Of a stretch of 50,045 nucleotides of DNA, positions 36,701 through 48,267 are shown piece by piece. This stretch comes from Catajapyx aquilonaris. Lineage: Eukaryota. A program made the translations under genes and the position numbers. Position 1 is the first letter of the stretch; every line of letters starts with the position of its first letter. The notes under the pieces are model-generated. The model was not told the origin of the DNA, ran no database searches, and saw only the letters and a program-made list of their open reading frames with translations. The stretch spans positions 124,001 to 174,045 of the forward strand of contig KZ537988.1 of NCBI GenBank assembly GCA_000934665.2, written 5' to 3'.

Positions 36701-39700
36701 GAAAAATAATGCTACACATTTTCCATTTTAAATTTCCAACTACCCATTTCCTGATATAAATAATTACTGGAGTGGAAACAACTGTTAATTGTCCACAGAT
36801 GATAGCTTGAGGAAGTAACCAAAGTGGGTATCAATTCCAGGCCAATGAGCAATCAGTGCAAGATCTCAATTTCTCCCCAGCTCAACTAGAGCAGTCCAGG
36901 TGCAATTCCCACGAAGTTTGACCAGGTACCTAAAACTGGTCAGTAGGAAGCTGGCCGTTACTGAATCTGGAGGCGCTTTTTGGGTGGGAAAAACAGAAGG
37001 TGGGAAGAAGCCTCCATAACTGCCATGAGGGATCATTTTCGCAGCTGCCTGCTCCAAAAAGGAGATGATCGCCTCTTTGTGACTTGATCCCTTATGCAAA
37101 TCAGCACCTTCTGAGGATACCCCCCCACCCCCCGCAGCAGCAAAAGGCATACTTTGCAAAACAAGTCTGAACGAATTTATCCATTCAACCCTAACTCGTC
37201 AAGCTACTTCTCGATTTACTCACTCTGATCACCACATTCATCACTAGGTCTCATCCTATTGCTTACGACCAGATCAATTTGCTAATACCGCAATCACCGT
37301 ACAGTAGGCCCTACTACAAATCCTCTATATTATAGTAAATTTTCTGTCATTGGGTTAATTTGTCATTGTAATATTTACTGTGCTAGCGTGCTGAAATAAT
37401 TTGATGAGCCCAAAAAGGGAGTGAAATTACACCGGAAACAGTTTGCGGTGACCCCTTCCAAACCCTTTCTTGTGGTTCCCCTTTGACCCTCCCCTCCACT
37501 TCCCCTTTCCATCGGATATCAGATGTTATCGCCTCGGAAACGTCAGGTAGCTCTGTTTGACTTCTGGCCAAACCCTCCTGGTGGTCACCCTATTTGAGGG
37601 GGGGAATATGGCCAATAAAGGTGATAACGTATCCCCAATCATTGGTTTCGCAGGTGGTGCTTAAATCTAGGTAGCCTAATTATCACGACAGCAATCGTGA
37701 TTTTCGGAGCGATTGTTCACTGATAGACCGTTTTTTTTTTGGTGTTTTTTTGGTTTTTTTGAAATGTCTATTTCTGGCGGGCGATGCTGCGTGTGTTTGG
37801 ACCGTTGCTCGCGTGCTGATTGGCCCCGAGGAATCCAGTCACGATTACTGTGGAAGGCCCACCCTCACCCCCACCTCATCCTTAACAGCCCCATGCTGGC
37901 CTTCTGGTATGCACACCTTGGCGGGCTGAGCTTGGAAATATAAAATTTTAAAAAAATGGGCTAAATATTTTTAAAAGCGTTTTAGAACATAAGTCGACAT
38001 AGCTGTTATGTACATACATTTTTGAACAGATAACTATGCTACTTGGCCATTACAACATAACTGGGAAAGCATTTGCATATTTACAAACACGCTAGTTTGT
38101 GCAAAAAAAAATATGTTTGAATAATAATACCATACCGGCACACATGCCTGGACCTATGGGAAACGTTAGAAAACTAACCCCTCTTTGGCATGCAACTTCT
38201 GTATAGAGAATACAAAAAAAAAATCGGGGGGTGTTTCTCAGCTTGGAACGTGCCAGAAGGGGGCTGGGCAGAGGAAAGGTAGGAGACGGGGGGGATCTGG
38301 GAGAGACGGCCCAGAAAAGAACTTGGAAGGTCACAATTCATAAGAACTCCAGGGTGACCGTCAGTATATTCCTGCTATAGTCAGGTGGGCTGCTCTAGTC
38401 GTATCTATTTGAGTACACTATTGCAGTCTATAAGTGCAACAGGTGTCACCTAGAAGAGAGACATTATCGATACGGGTGACCGACCTTTTTCCCACCCACT
38501 GCCCACCTCCCACACACTGCGGGGCAACTGGACACCTGAAAGGTCACGCCTGGAGGAGCCGTTTCCCACAAGGTGCAGATTGCGGTGGCTTTTCCTGTAC
38601 TGACTTGGGGGCAGGACGGAGGTTTATTGTGGCGGTGTACAAGACACTCTTTGATCAGGAGGGTTCAACGCTGGAATGTCAACGGATCACTACTGCTGGA
38701 CCTGATCAGGTAAGGCCATTTTTTTATTCTTCAAAAAGAATGAGGCAATGTAATTCTAGTAGATATACAAAAATGGAACTTTGAAATATTTGAAAATTTT
38801 ACTCAAAAGTCAGTGTGGTCAAAACTGCAGGTATAATGAAGGCTAATTTATGACCCAAGTAACACGGCTTAAAACCAAAGTTAATCCCTGTCTCGAGGCT
38901 TTTATCGTCATGCTTTTTACCCTTCCTTTGGTCACCGGTCATTAGATTCACCCGCAATGCCAGTGTCATCTCTCTGTTTTTTTCTGACCCAAAGTTGGAC
39001 TCGCCAAGGGGGGGATCTCACACTAGCCAGGGCCATTATGCGACAAAGGCCTGGGCAGCTTAACCAACTCGTCCAGTCTTTTGCGGATGTCCGTAACATG
39101 GCCTTACCCTTGTGGGGATTCATATGAATAGGAGGGAGGGGGCCAAACACACACGCAGTTTTGGCGATATGTATGGCCACACACGGTACTTGAAGAGGAG
39201 AGGTAATGCATGAATGATATATTGCTGGCAGCAGGTTTGTGGTGTCTACAAGAAGCTTTCAGATCAACTAATGAGGTGTATTGGTTCGTGCCCTTGCTCT
39301 TGGAAGATTCAAAAACCATTGACCGTAATAATATAGAAGTTGTCCTCTTAAGCCTGCTACACATCGTTAAGCACGTTTTTTTTCACAAGCCATTCTGTTG
39401 CAGTCTGGCACAGCAATACATTTTCTTGCACATAAATGTAACACCGCGCAAGAAAAGAGTAGATAGAAAGTAGATAAACGGACAGTTATTTCACACATCG
39501 ATACTGTAAATTGCAATGCATATGGTGGTCCAATATTGGGCAGTTGCCTCCATCCCTCTCCCATTTACTTGGTCCGATATTGTGCAGCGAAGAAATGTTC
39601 GGGGATCTTCGATCCACGAGACACCAATGTACCATGGTATTTGCTTTCGAAAAATCCGCATTGCCTGAGAGCAGATTCAAAAAATGCTGCAAAAAGTGTT

Positions 39701-40383
39701 GAGCCCTACACCGATGTCACTGATATACCGGTATACATTGTCGCACATTTCCTTTCTTGAAATACGTACTTGCAGATGGCTCGATATTTTTATGTCTACA
39801 ATTTCGCTCCTTAGATTTGAATCTGCAATGCTCAGTTTTGAAATAAAACGTAATCCAATATGAGTCTGATGAGACATTTGGGCCATCCTATATTAAATCC
39901 CGTTAAATTACAACTGCCGCTATAAATATGGTACCAACTGGTTAAGCAATAACATTCCGGCGCTTTTGTAGCCCACTAAGCTTGCCTCGTTATTACAATG
40001 CCCCATGCTGTGTAGTGGTCAAATCTGAGCCACCTGAAGAAGAACTGGCGAAATTAATTTTGGCACACAGTACCCACATATTTTGTACTATAGTTAGGCT
40101 CGACTTAGTTCATGTTTGTGTGAGATGATAAATCAGATTGAAGCAGCTTGTTATCCTTTCACCGAAACTTCTACCAACTGAAGGGTGTCGTTAATTCTAA
40201 TAATGAGACCAATTCCAAGTGGTTCATCTGGTTTTTGAAGTGGTTCCTATTGACCACAGAAGGGGTTAGCAGTAGGAGGGCGGTGGCTTGTAAGTCGTTC
40301 TCTGGAGGGGGGCCAAGAGTGCGTTTAGGAAACACGGCCGAATGCGTACGATGGCTTATTTCTTCTTTCAGAGCCAGTGAGGC

Positions 40384-43300
40384 ATGCTGAAGTGGACCGT
40401 CGGATCCAAATCCGGTGATGGGGGCAAACCATGCTCCAGAATCCGCAGGGCTGCAGTCATCCTGCACCTGACTCGAAAGGCCAACCCTAATGCCAAGCAG
40501 GATGGAGTCATCAGAAAAGCAGAGGTAAGTCACTCATTTCCTGACGAAATATTGGAGGTTTCACACACTATTGTCATTCAGGTGAAATCGACAAGGAAGG
40601 TGACCCTTGGGAAGCTCCGGCCGTCTGCTGATGAGAAAGAGAACCAATCGGGACTTATGCAGCGTCTTAGGGACAAGTTGGACGGGGCTGAAAACCGAGG
40701 AGCTGAGGACCCCAGCGATGGTTCAAGTGAGACGTACATGCAGTTGGACAGAATCCCTGCAGCGCTTTGTGACCGCACCGCCTTGACCAACGTCAACAAC
40801 CACTCTAAAGCCCCAGTTCCGCCCAGATACCTGAAGAGAAAGAAGCTGGATCCCACGTTCAACAGCGTGTCTCAACTGCATCCTCCACCAGGGAACTCGT
40901 GCAAGTTCCCATCCCATCACAGCGTGGGTGGACTGGGGGTGGCAGACCGCAACAAGGCAGGGACACCACTGACTACCTTGACCCAGCAGTTTCCTCCCAG
41001 GTCGCGGATACCCGTGTACAGATGCGCCACTCCGGATGTCCTGCAGGAATCGCCCCCTCCTCTCCCACCCAAACCTACCAATGTCTGGCACCAATGTCGG
41101 CAAGTCACAGCAGCCAACCCTCCTGGTTCAGTCATGGTCTTCACTAGTCCTCACCCACGAAGCCCACCCTCCTTCTTTGCCGACCCGAGGAGACGTCAGT
41201 GCTCGGGTGTCCTCCGCATCCACGACAACACCGACCCTCGTTTCTTGGACTATACAACTGGCTTCACCCCGTCCATGATCAACGCCTGCAAAAGCATGTC
41301 CTTAGGCAACCTCAACTATCCTCTTGTTCCCCTGGCACCTTTTCCTGAGCTCCCTGAAGACAACACGGGCCGTCGACGCCATTCGACCTGCCCTACAACC
41401 CTGAGCGTGATCCCAGACAATGACGATTACGACGACCCTTCCAACTGGTCCACCGAGGCTGTCATGTCCGACTCTATCGGGGTCCTGCAAGACTGCTCCG
41501 TTCATCTCGACCCAGACGACCCTCCAGAAGTGACGTATCCAGTGGTGGTGGACAACCCCATCTACTTTATCTCCCCTAAAGTGGCGGAAGACTCTGGTTC
41601 CGAGTACCCCACATGGAACTCCCACTTGGCTCGCAAGAAAACCCCGGTAGTAACCCCTCATCCGAAGAAGCTTTGGCGAGAACCATCGTCGACAATGCCC
41701 AGGCCAACCTGCCATTCGACCCCCAGGAAGACCACTGGAAGGAGGAAGAAGCAGACACCATCCGCCAAAAGCAGAAGGAGCCGAAGAAAACTCATGCAGA
41801 GCAAAGTCATGTCACGACGACTGGCAGTGACCAAACTGAGTTTCGACGGCGCGGGTGACAACGACGACACCGTTACTGCGCAGACCAAGCCCGTTCCTGC
41901 GCCTCGGAAACTCCGCCAATCGATTCGGAAGGATCCGTTGCGTTTCAAAGGTACTTCTGCACCTGCACCATCTACTCGCTCTTTACGAACTAACAACTCT
42001 CTACATGTATGACTGCTCGTTAATCTGCCGGAATTGTTCACGAAATAAAATGTGTGGAAAAATGCGGGATTTATTTTCAGCACAATAGTGAAAATATACG
42101 AGCTTCAAATAAAGTGCCGGCACCTACTAACCCATTCCCAAATGTGTACAAAACCTGTACTGACTATATGTCACTTTTTTTGTCTTACAGGACGACTCAA
42201 GCTGGCCATGTATCCTAATTCAGGCCTGCTTACAATTCATGGTAAGTCCGTATTTTGGCACCTATGAAAATTATATGAGGTGGAAAAGGAAGGATTACTT
42301 CGCTCGAGCACACAATTTCCAACCGCTGTGATTTTAGTCTCATAGAAAAAGGACACAGTGTGGCACGTTTGACGACGAAGATAGATGAAGGAACACTCTT
42401 TTATAAGAGCAACCGAGGCCTCATTTAAGGCGAAGATATCTGTCATGCCTTTTTTTTCACCTCACATATACTTTCATGAGCACAAATTCTTCCTTCTCAA
42501 TCTGGAGAGATGCCAAATGTTCCCACAGACAGATATAAATGCAACAATGCACTGCCTGGTAGGACTCGCTCCACATTTCCAAAATATTACTGAGGGAAAC
42601 ACTAATAATGAGATGGTACTCCATACGTTTTTAAAAATCATTACTTTCACAACCCACAAAATCGATCGGTTTCCCTCTGCGGCACAAAATCTGTACCACA
42701 AAAAAAATTCCTCCCCCAAAATTTTCGACCATCCAAGACACCAGGAGTGCTGTGCAAATCATCGCGTGCCGGCCCAAATACTCGTGTTCCCACCAGGCGC
42801 AGTGTAATAAATTGAGCTCAGGTCGCACCCGCACAACCAAGTAAAGCCCGTATCCCTCAACAACCTCTATGCAGTAGCAGCTATATCCTAGAAAAGCAGG
42901 TCACGCCATCAATCAGACCATTTTTCTTCGGCAGTGATCAGTGGGTGTCGACTTCGAGCCAGCAGACAAGCAGGGTGCGAGGCGTACATCAAGGTGAGTA
43001 CAGACTTATGTCGCTACTCAAAAGCCTTCCCGAGTTCCTTAGAAGCAAAGAGACCATCCGCGACCTCATTAATTTAGTTTCAGTGTAATGAAATTGCCCT
43101 GGTGCAACTGCCGAGGGCGAATATGTAGAAGGGTGGGGTAAGACAAAGGAGGTTCTGTAACACTGTTGCCTTTGCCGAAAAGCGAAAATGGGAGCAGACA
43201 GAACATCCACTCTCAGCTTGTGGTTCCCGAACGGTGTCGAGTGCTAATGTTATTAGTTACACCCAGAGTGCGATTCATCTCTGAATAATGGTGCTGTAAA

Positions 43301-46300
43301 GAGGGCTGGATCCACACTTTTATGACTCAGCCATTGCGTGACAGGGTCTAACTACTATTTTGCATGTGGCGGATGCCCACCAGCTGATTGCCTATCCTGG
43401 TGCAATAGCACAACAATGGTAAACAAAACAAATTTTTTCTCTCTCCGAATCCTTCCCCTAAGCGCACATTGAACAAATGATCTGGGCTGTTTTGTCGGCG
43501 GGATATCTGCCACAAAACAAATGAAGCGAGCAATTCTGAAGAGCCCTGGTGAGCTCTCCCTGGAGAGCCAAGTGTTGGGGAAATGGCTCTCTCGCTTGCT
43601 CGCTTACATGCAGCAGAGTCCCCCGCACGTTGATCGGTTCCTCCCCTGATTTTGGCTCCGGATCCCCGAAGATGAACCGCCAGACCACATTGTTTCTCCT
43701 CCCCTCTCAGCATTGCTTCCTTTCAAATTATCCAGCCCATTCCTTACACCCTGACAATCAGCTTGTAAACAGATGAAGCCATCCCCGAGAGATGCGGAAT
43801 TCAAATGCGGCTACCTAATCAAATGGCCATCAGGTGTCCCTGGAGACAATCAATCCAGGGCTGTTGGCATGACCAGAAAATACCTCGGAAGCAGAGGCAG
43901 CAAGGCAGCGCCACGTTCTTCTGTATTGATTCCTTCCGACATGGCAAGAGGGGCTATCCGCCATGTTGCCAATATGCCACACCCTTTCGCTACTAACATC
44001 CCTAACCACATGTGGCAATACTGCAAGGCTCCTCCTCCCATTTTTTGGCCAACAATCTTCTGCACTCTGCATTGACGTCTCGACGTTTCCGGACCCCAAG
44101 CGATCCGTTTTTTCCCCCCCTCCAAAGAAAAGATCTGGAATGGACACTTGTGACGAAACACTCCCAAATGTAATTTGCACCAAGCACCGAAGCATTATGA
44201 CAATTTTTGGAGGGGGTCCTCTCCCCTCCTATCCCACGAGCGCATTTACAGCCAACCTAAGGGGACGGGTCGTTGGTTTCAAATGGGGCGTTTCTGCATC
44301 GGAACGTGAAAAGAGCCCTGGTACCGGTTGGAAATATTAATGGACTAACCTCACGTGAGTAATGACCGGCGCGAAAATCTGCTAAAGTTGGTACCTCTCT
44401 CTTGTTTCGCGAGAACCGTGCGAATACCAGTCTATTCGCGATAAGTTCCTGACATTATCATGGGAGTTTGTCACTTCCAGAATCTGCTTATGAAAGGGGG
44501 CGTCATGGTAAAGTAGTTCAAGATGGCGTGTGGAATGCGACATAATATGAAGACGTTTGATGGATTGCGTATGGTGATGACAGCAAACTCGCAGGAATTG
44601 GGGTCAGCTTTGCAGTCGGAACAGTGTAATTAATTAAAAAAAATACATAGGCTGTTCTGGTAAGTTTGGAGTGACCTCACTATTGAATTGACCCTTTCAG
44701 TACCGGCGCCGTATTTTACGGCGCTACACTGTCACAGTCTGGTTTCGAACTATGTGGTCTCAAAACTGTGCCACATCCTCGATCCTATTAGCCAATATCT
44801 CCTACAATCTGCCCCCAGCGGCCTACCAGTCTTATTCAATCCCCCAACCGCAACATTTTCAATTATTTATCCCAATAATTCGGCCTAACCGCATCCGTGA
44901 TATCGACCCCATAGTAAAGCACATGTCCAGCCCAAATTTCGAACCCAGGTCACGTGAACTGAAGTAAAGTGCGTGCAGATAAGCGGTTTTCCGGCTGTCC
45001 AGAGAGTGGCAGTCTCCTAAAGACGTGACCCCAGAGAGTCACTTCATTTCCAATGGGACTCTCCCTGTTCTCCACAAATAGATTGGTTTGGGCAGCATCC
45101 TAATGTGCTTGTAAGATGAAGGCAGTTCAGAGGGGATGCTGAGGGGAATCGCGGTTTGCATTTCCGCTCCTGTGTTCCAGAGGATCTTGTTCAAACTGTC
45201 TCGATTTTATGTGGGGTAGGTGGGGTAGGACTGTAACCCTCTTTCCTACAGCAGTAGCCAGACTTTGATGTGGTTTGCATTTTAAAAGGGCTACCTGTAT
45301 TTGGGGGGGAAATGCTGATCGCTGCTCTCTCAGCAGTCAAAGGGATAAATCCGATTTGCTTTCTAGGGAATCTAACCTTTCAGGACTCGTACCATGCATT
45401 ATTAAAGAGAGTGCTTTGTGATCAGATTTAGTCCCCCTTTTAAGTATAGCGTTAAGTCATACTTGCACCTGAATGCTATTGGCCAACCAGGTCACGCGCC
45501 TATTCCCTGATTGGCACTGCTTAGAAGCAAACAGACCTAACAGTCTTCATTCCTGCTGTACTGAACGGCTCGGTAGGCAAACAGGTGATCGATATAGTTG
45601 CAAAAAAAAATGACTTTTTGTTACACTCTGTAGCGTTGATGACGCATTACCCGTATCAGAATGCGAGATGCCTGATTCAGCAGAATCGCTACCGGTAGGA
45701 ACGAAGATGGATCGAGGCAAATGGAGCCATAAAATGGGTGGTAGGAAGGGTGAGGTGGCACCGTATAAGATTCTGTGCAAATTCGGGGGAAAAAACGGAT
45801 TAAGTTCGAGATAGCATAGTCGTCGAGGGAGAAGGAAACCTGCGCTTGTATTTCCTCCATAATTCTTCCTTAGCCCTACCGCTGCCTTTGCCAAATCTCT
45901 GAGCGCAAATACCCTCTACTCATCTGCCTATATTACCCCGCCATGTTTATTACCTTAACACCACCCAATTTTAGGAAGGAGGCCATAACCATGCATTTAT
46001 CTCGGAAAATCAGCCCTTCGCAGCCCTCAATATTGTGAGATCTGATCTGCCTATAGCTCATCTGCCCTGACCATGTCAGGACCCTTGACCTGACCCCCTA
46101 GCTAGCTCGCAGGGTGTGGGAATAAGAGTCCGGTAGGAGGTTAGGTCAAGGGTCCTGACATTTGGCGCCCAACGTGGGGCCCGACAACCAGCAGAGTCAC
46201 TGACTGATGGCCAACAACTAGCCTTGCCTCCGGCTGGCTCACGACTAACTAGTCTCCACCCGCATCCACGCCATCTCTTAGCAAAACTGCCAACTTGAAA

Positions 46301-46563
46301 CTAACTCCATCTTGTGGATGCGGGTGATGTCACAATATTATACACAAAAAATATGCATTTTGATTTCATTTTAAATATCCCGTCCTATCTTTCCAGCTGG
46401 GTTTGATTCCATCGGAAGAGTCTGTCCAAAGTTGGTGTCGCACTCCACTGGCGCCATACACATCCAGACCTCATTTCGACCAGAAGTTTTCATTCGAGGT
46501 CTTCCCAGAAGATTTGGAGAAGAGGATCCTTCTCACCGTTTGGCATCGACAGCCAGATAAAAG
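40384..46563 (+). CDS. 5' part of an RGS3-type C2-domain protein, probably PsGEF-like RhoGEF (partial); exons 40384-40524, 40582-41950, 42191-42241, 42935-42993, 46397-46563; continues beyond the identified exons
   Basis: The long disordered ORF splices in phase (TTCAAAG|GTACTT, phase 1) to G-RLKLAMYPNSGLLTIH|VISGCRLRASRQAGCEAYIK|LGLIPSEESVQSWCRTPLAPYTSRPHFDQKFSFEVFPEDLEKRILLTVWHRQPDKR. This aligns by eye with the RGS3-like C2 domain, which in insects is found in PsGEF. No downstream exon was found in the window. Confidence 0.78.
46074..46180 (+). mobile_element. LTR-retrotransposon remnant: 87-bp TG...CA unit followed by a tRNA-Lys(CUU) primer-binding site
   Basis: TGTCAGGACCCTTGACCT ... 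AGGTCAAGGGTCCTGACA (46074-46160), then TT, then TGGCGCCCAACGTGGGGC (46163-46180), the 18-nt complement of the mature tRNA-Lys 3' end including CCA. Confidence 0.75.
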
Positions 46564-48008
46564 GTAAGGAGGGAACATTGAGCTTTATGTTCCTATTGCC
46601 AAGGAATGGACGTCGATTTTTCAGGCGGAACTGCTTTTCTACCACATTCTCGGATTGCGCATTCGGACTGCGGAATAGAAATTCTTTTAGCTTTTTGATT
46701 AGCTTGCAAGAGGAAGCAATGCCCTTCTCGGCGCCTCTCATTTTAATTGCGGAATTTCAGTTCGCCGATGCACAGGTCAAGGCACTGTATATGGAAATGA
46801 GAAAATTGTTTACGCGGTACCGCCGCAAAAAAATATTGGATTCAGTCGCGACCCTAGATGTTTGTAAACAACAAAAATTCGATAAGCGCACATGATATGC
46901 AATCAAGCTGCCATCACATATTTATCCAAGAATAAGTTTCGCCGTTCTGTTGTGACGGACAGTCTATGTTTCATTTGATCCTGACTTGCACGCAACACTA
47001 CCAAGCAGGGAAGGTGCACAGAATAGCTATCTGCCAGGATATGAGTTTGGTGAAATAACTCTAGTGATATTATTTTTGTAACTTCGTCAAAATATAAAAT
47101 GTGCAACCTCCTAAAAAAGAAAACGGAATCCGAGACAAAACTGCTATTGTAAACCACAAGCTATACGAGGCCACGTTTCAAAGCTTACGAAACCTAAACC
47201 CTCCCGTTGGCAATCCACCTGCGACCTACACTTCTATTTTTCTTTCCCTATTTCCCCGGCTCGTCAGACGTTCGCCTGCAAAAAAGACAAGCGCTCTCGG
47301 CTGAATTCTTACATTATTGACGAAAAAAAAATCTTTTGCAACACACTCCTATACTCAGTGAATCGACTCGCTTTTTCCGTACGTCTAGAAAATTATTCTG
47401 CTCCGTGCTAGTCCTTTCATCGTATATTAAAAATTCCTCGGCGTCTTACAGCGGTGCTTCAGCTTGGGTAGTAAATCATTGCATGTAGTTCGGACAACAG
47501 GTCATCAATATTTACTAGGATCTCGCCGAGGACACAATGGCAGCAATGAATAAAAAGTGCCTTGGATACATCAGAGGATGCCTGGTACAATTAGGCTAAT
47601 TATTAATAAATATGGACTTGTTCCAATCGATAAAGCACGTCTCTTGTCCCCCAACTATTTTTTTTCCGAGAGTATCTTTCCACTCGGATTTCGAGCCATT
47701 AACTATGATTAATATGGCCGAAGATCCAATTTAATGCGGCCTTGTAATCCGAGGCAAGCTGCCTGGGCTTTGTGAGGACTTTGAAGCTGGAACTTTGGAA
47801 TTTAGCAACTTTCATTGACAGGACTAGATTGACGATACTTTCCACCTGGTTGAAACTGGGACTTGCCCACAGTTCCATGTTCTATCAAGTTGCGCGGTTG
47901 ATTCTTCCCCGCTCAAACATTATTCACATGCACTTCCATCAAACCCAACTGTAGGGCTCTCCATTGTTTACAAGCGCATCTCAAATAGTGCAGCTTGATT
48001 GCAAAATG

Positions 48009-48267
48009 GGGATCCGGACTTTTCGCCCCCTCCGTTTCGCCCTCGGACTTTTATCCCCCGGAATATTTGCCCCCGTGACAATTTCGCCCCTGCGTATTCG
48101 CCCCTGCGACATATTCCACTTTGAAGCATTCGGCTGGGCATTTCTAGAGAAGTGACCTGGCCTTGTGTGTAGCCTGGTAACGGCGGGGGCGAATACGCCG
48201 GGAGCGAAATTGTCACGGGGGCCAATATGCCGGTGGCGAAACGGCGGGGGCGAAAAGTCCGCGACCC
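48009..48267. mobile_element. Mutator-like (MULE) foldback MITE with 9-bp TSD
   Basis: TSD TGCAAAATG (48000-48008, 48268-48276); termini GGG...CGGACTTTTCGCCCCC / GGGGGCGAAAAGTCCG...CCC; arms built from TTCGCCCC subrepeats. Confidence 0.85.

Noticed and set aside
38615..40265. Exon-like pieces at ~38615-38709, ~39234-39365 and ~40183-40265
   Set aside because: They could not be assembled into a recognisable in-phase protein. They may be 5' UTR exons, but this is unsupported.
40384..42012. 542-aa ORF as a stand-alone orphan gene
   Set aside because: It splices in phase to downstream C2-domain exons, so it is treated as the N-terminus of that gene.
43773..44075. ORF with KCGYLIKW resembling a PH-domain first strand
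   Set aside because: No further PH features or usable donor site; it lies within an intron.
45634..45750. Exon-like segment with DRGKWSHKM resembling an SLC6 transporter N-terminal motif
   Set aside because: No following FLLS/GLGNVWRFP exon was found, and the phase does not fit the next C2 exon.
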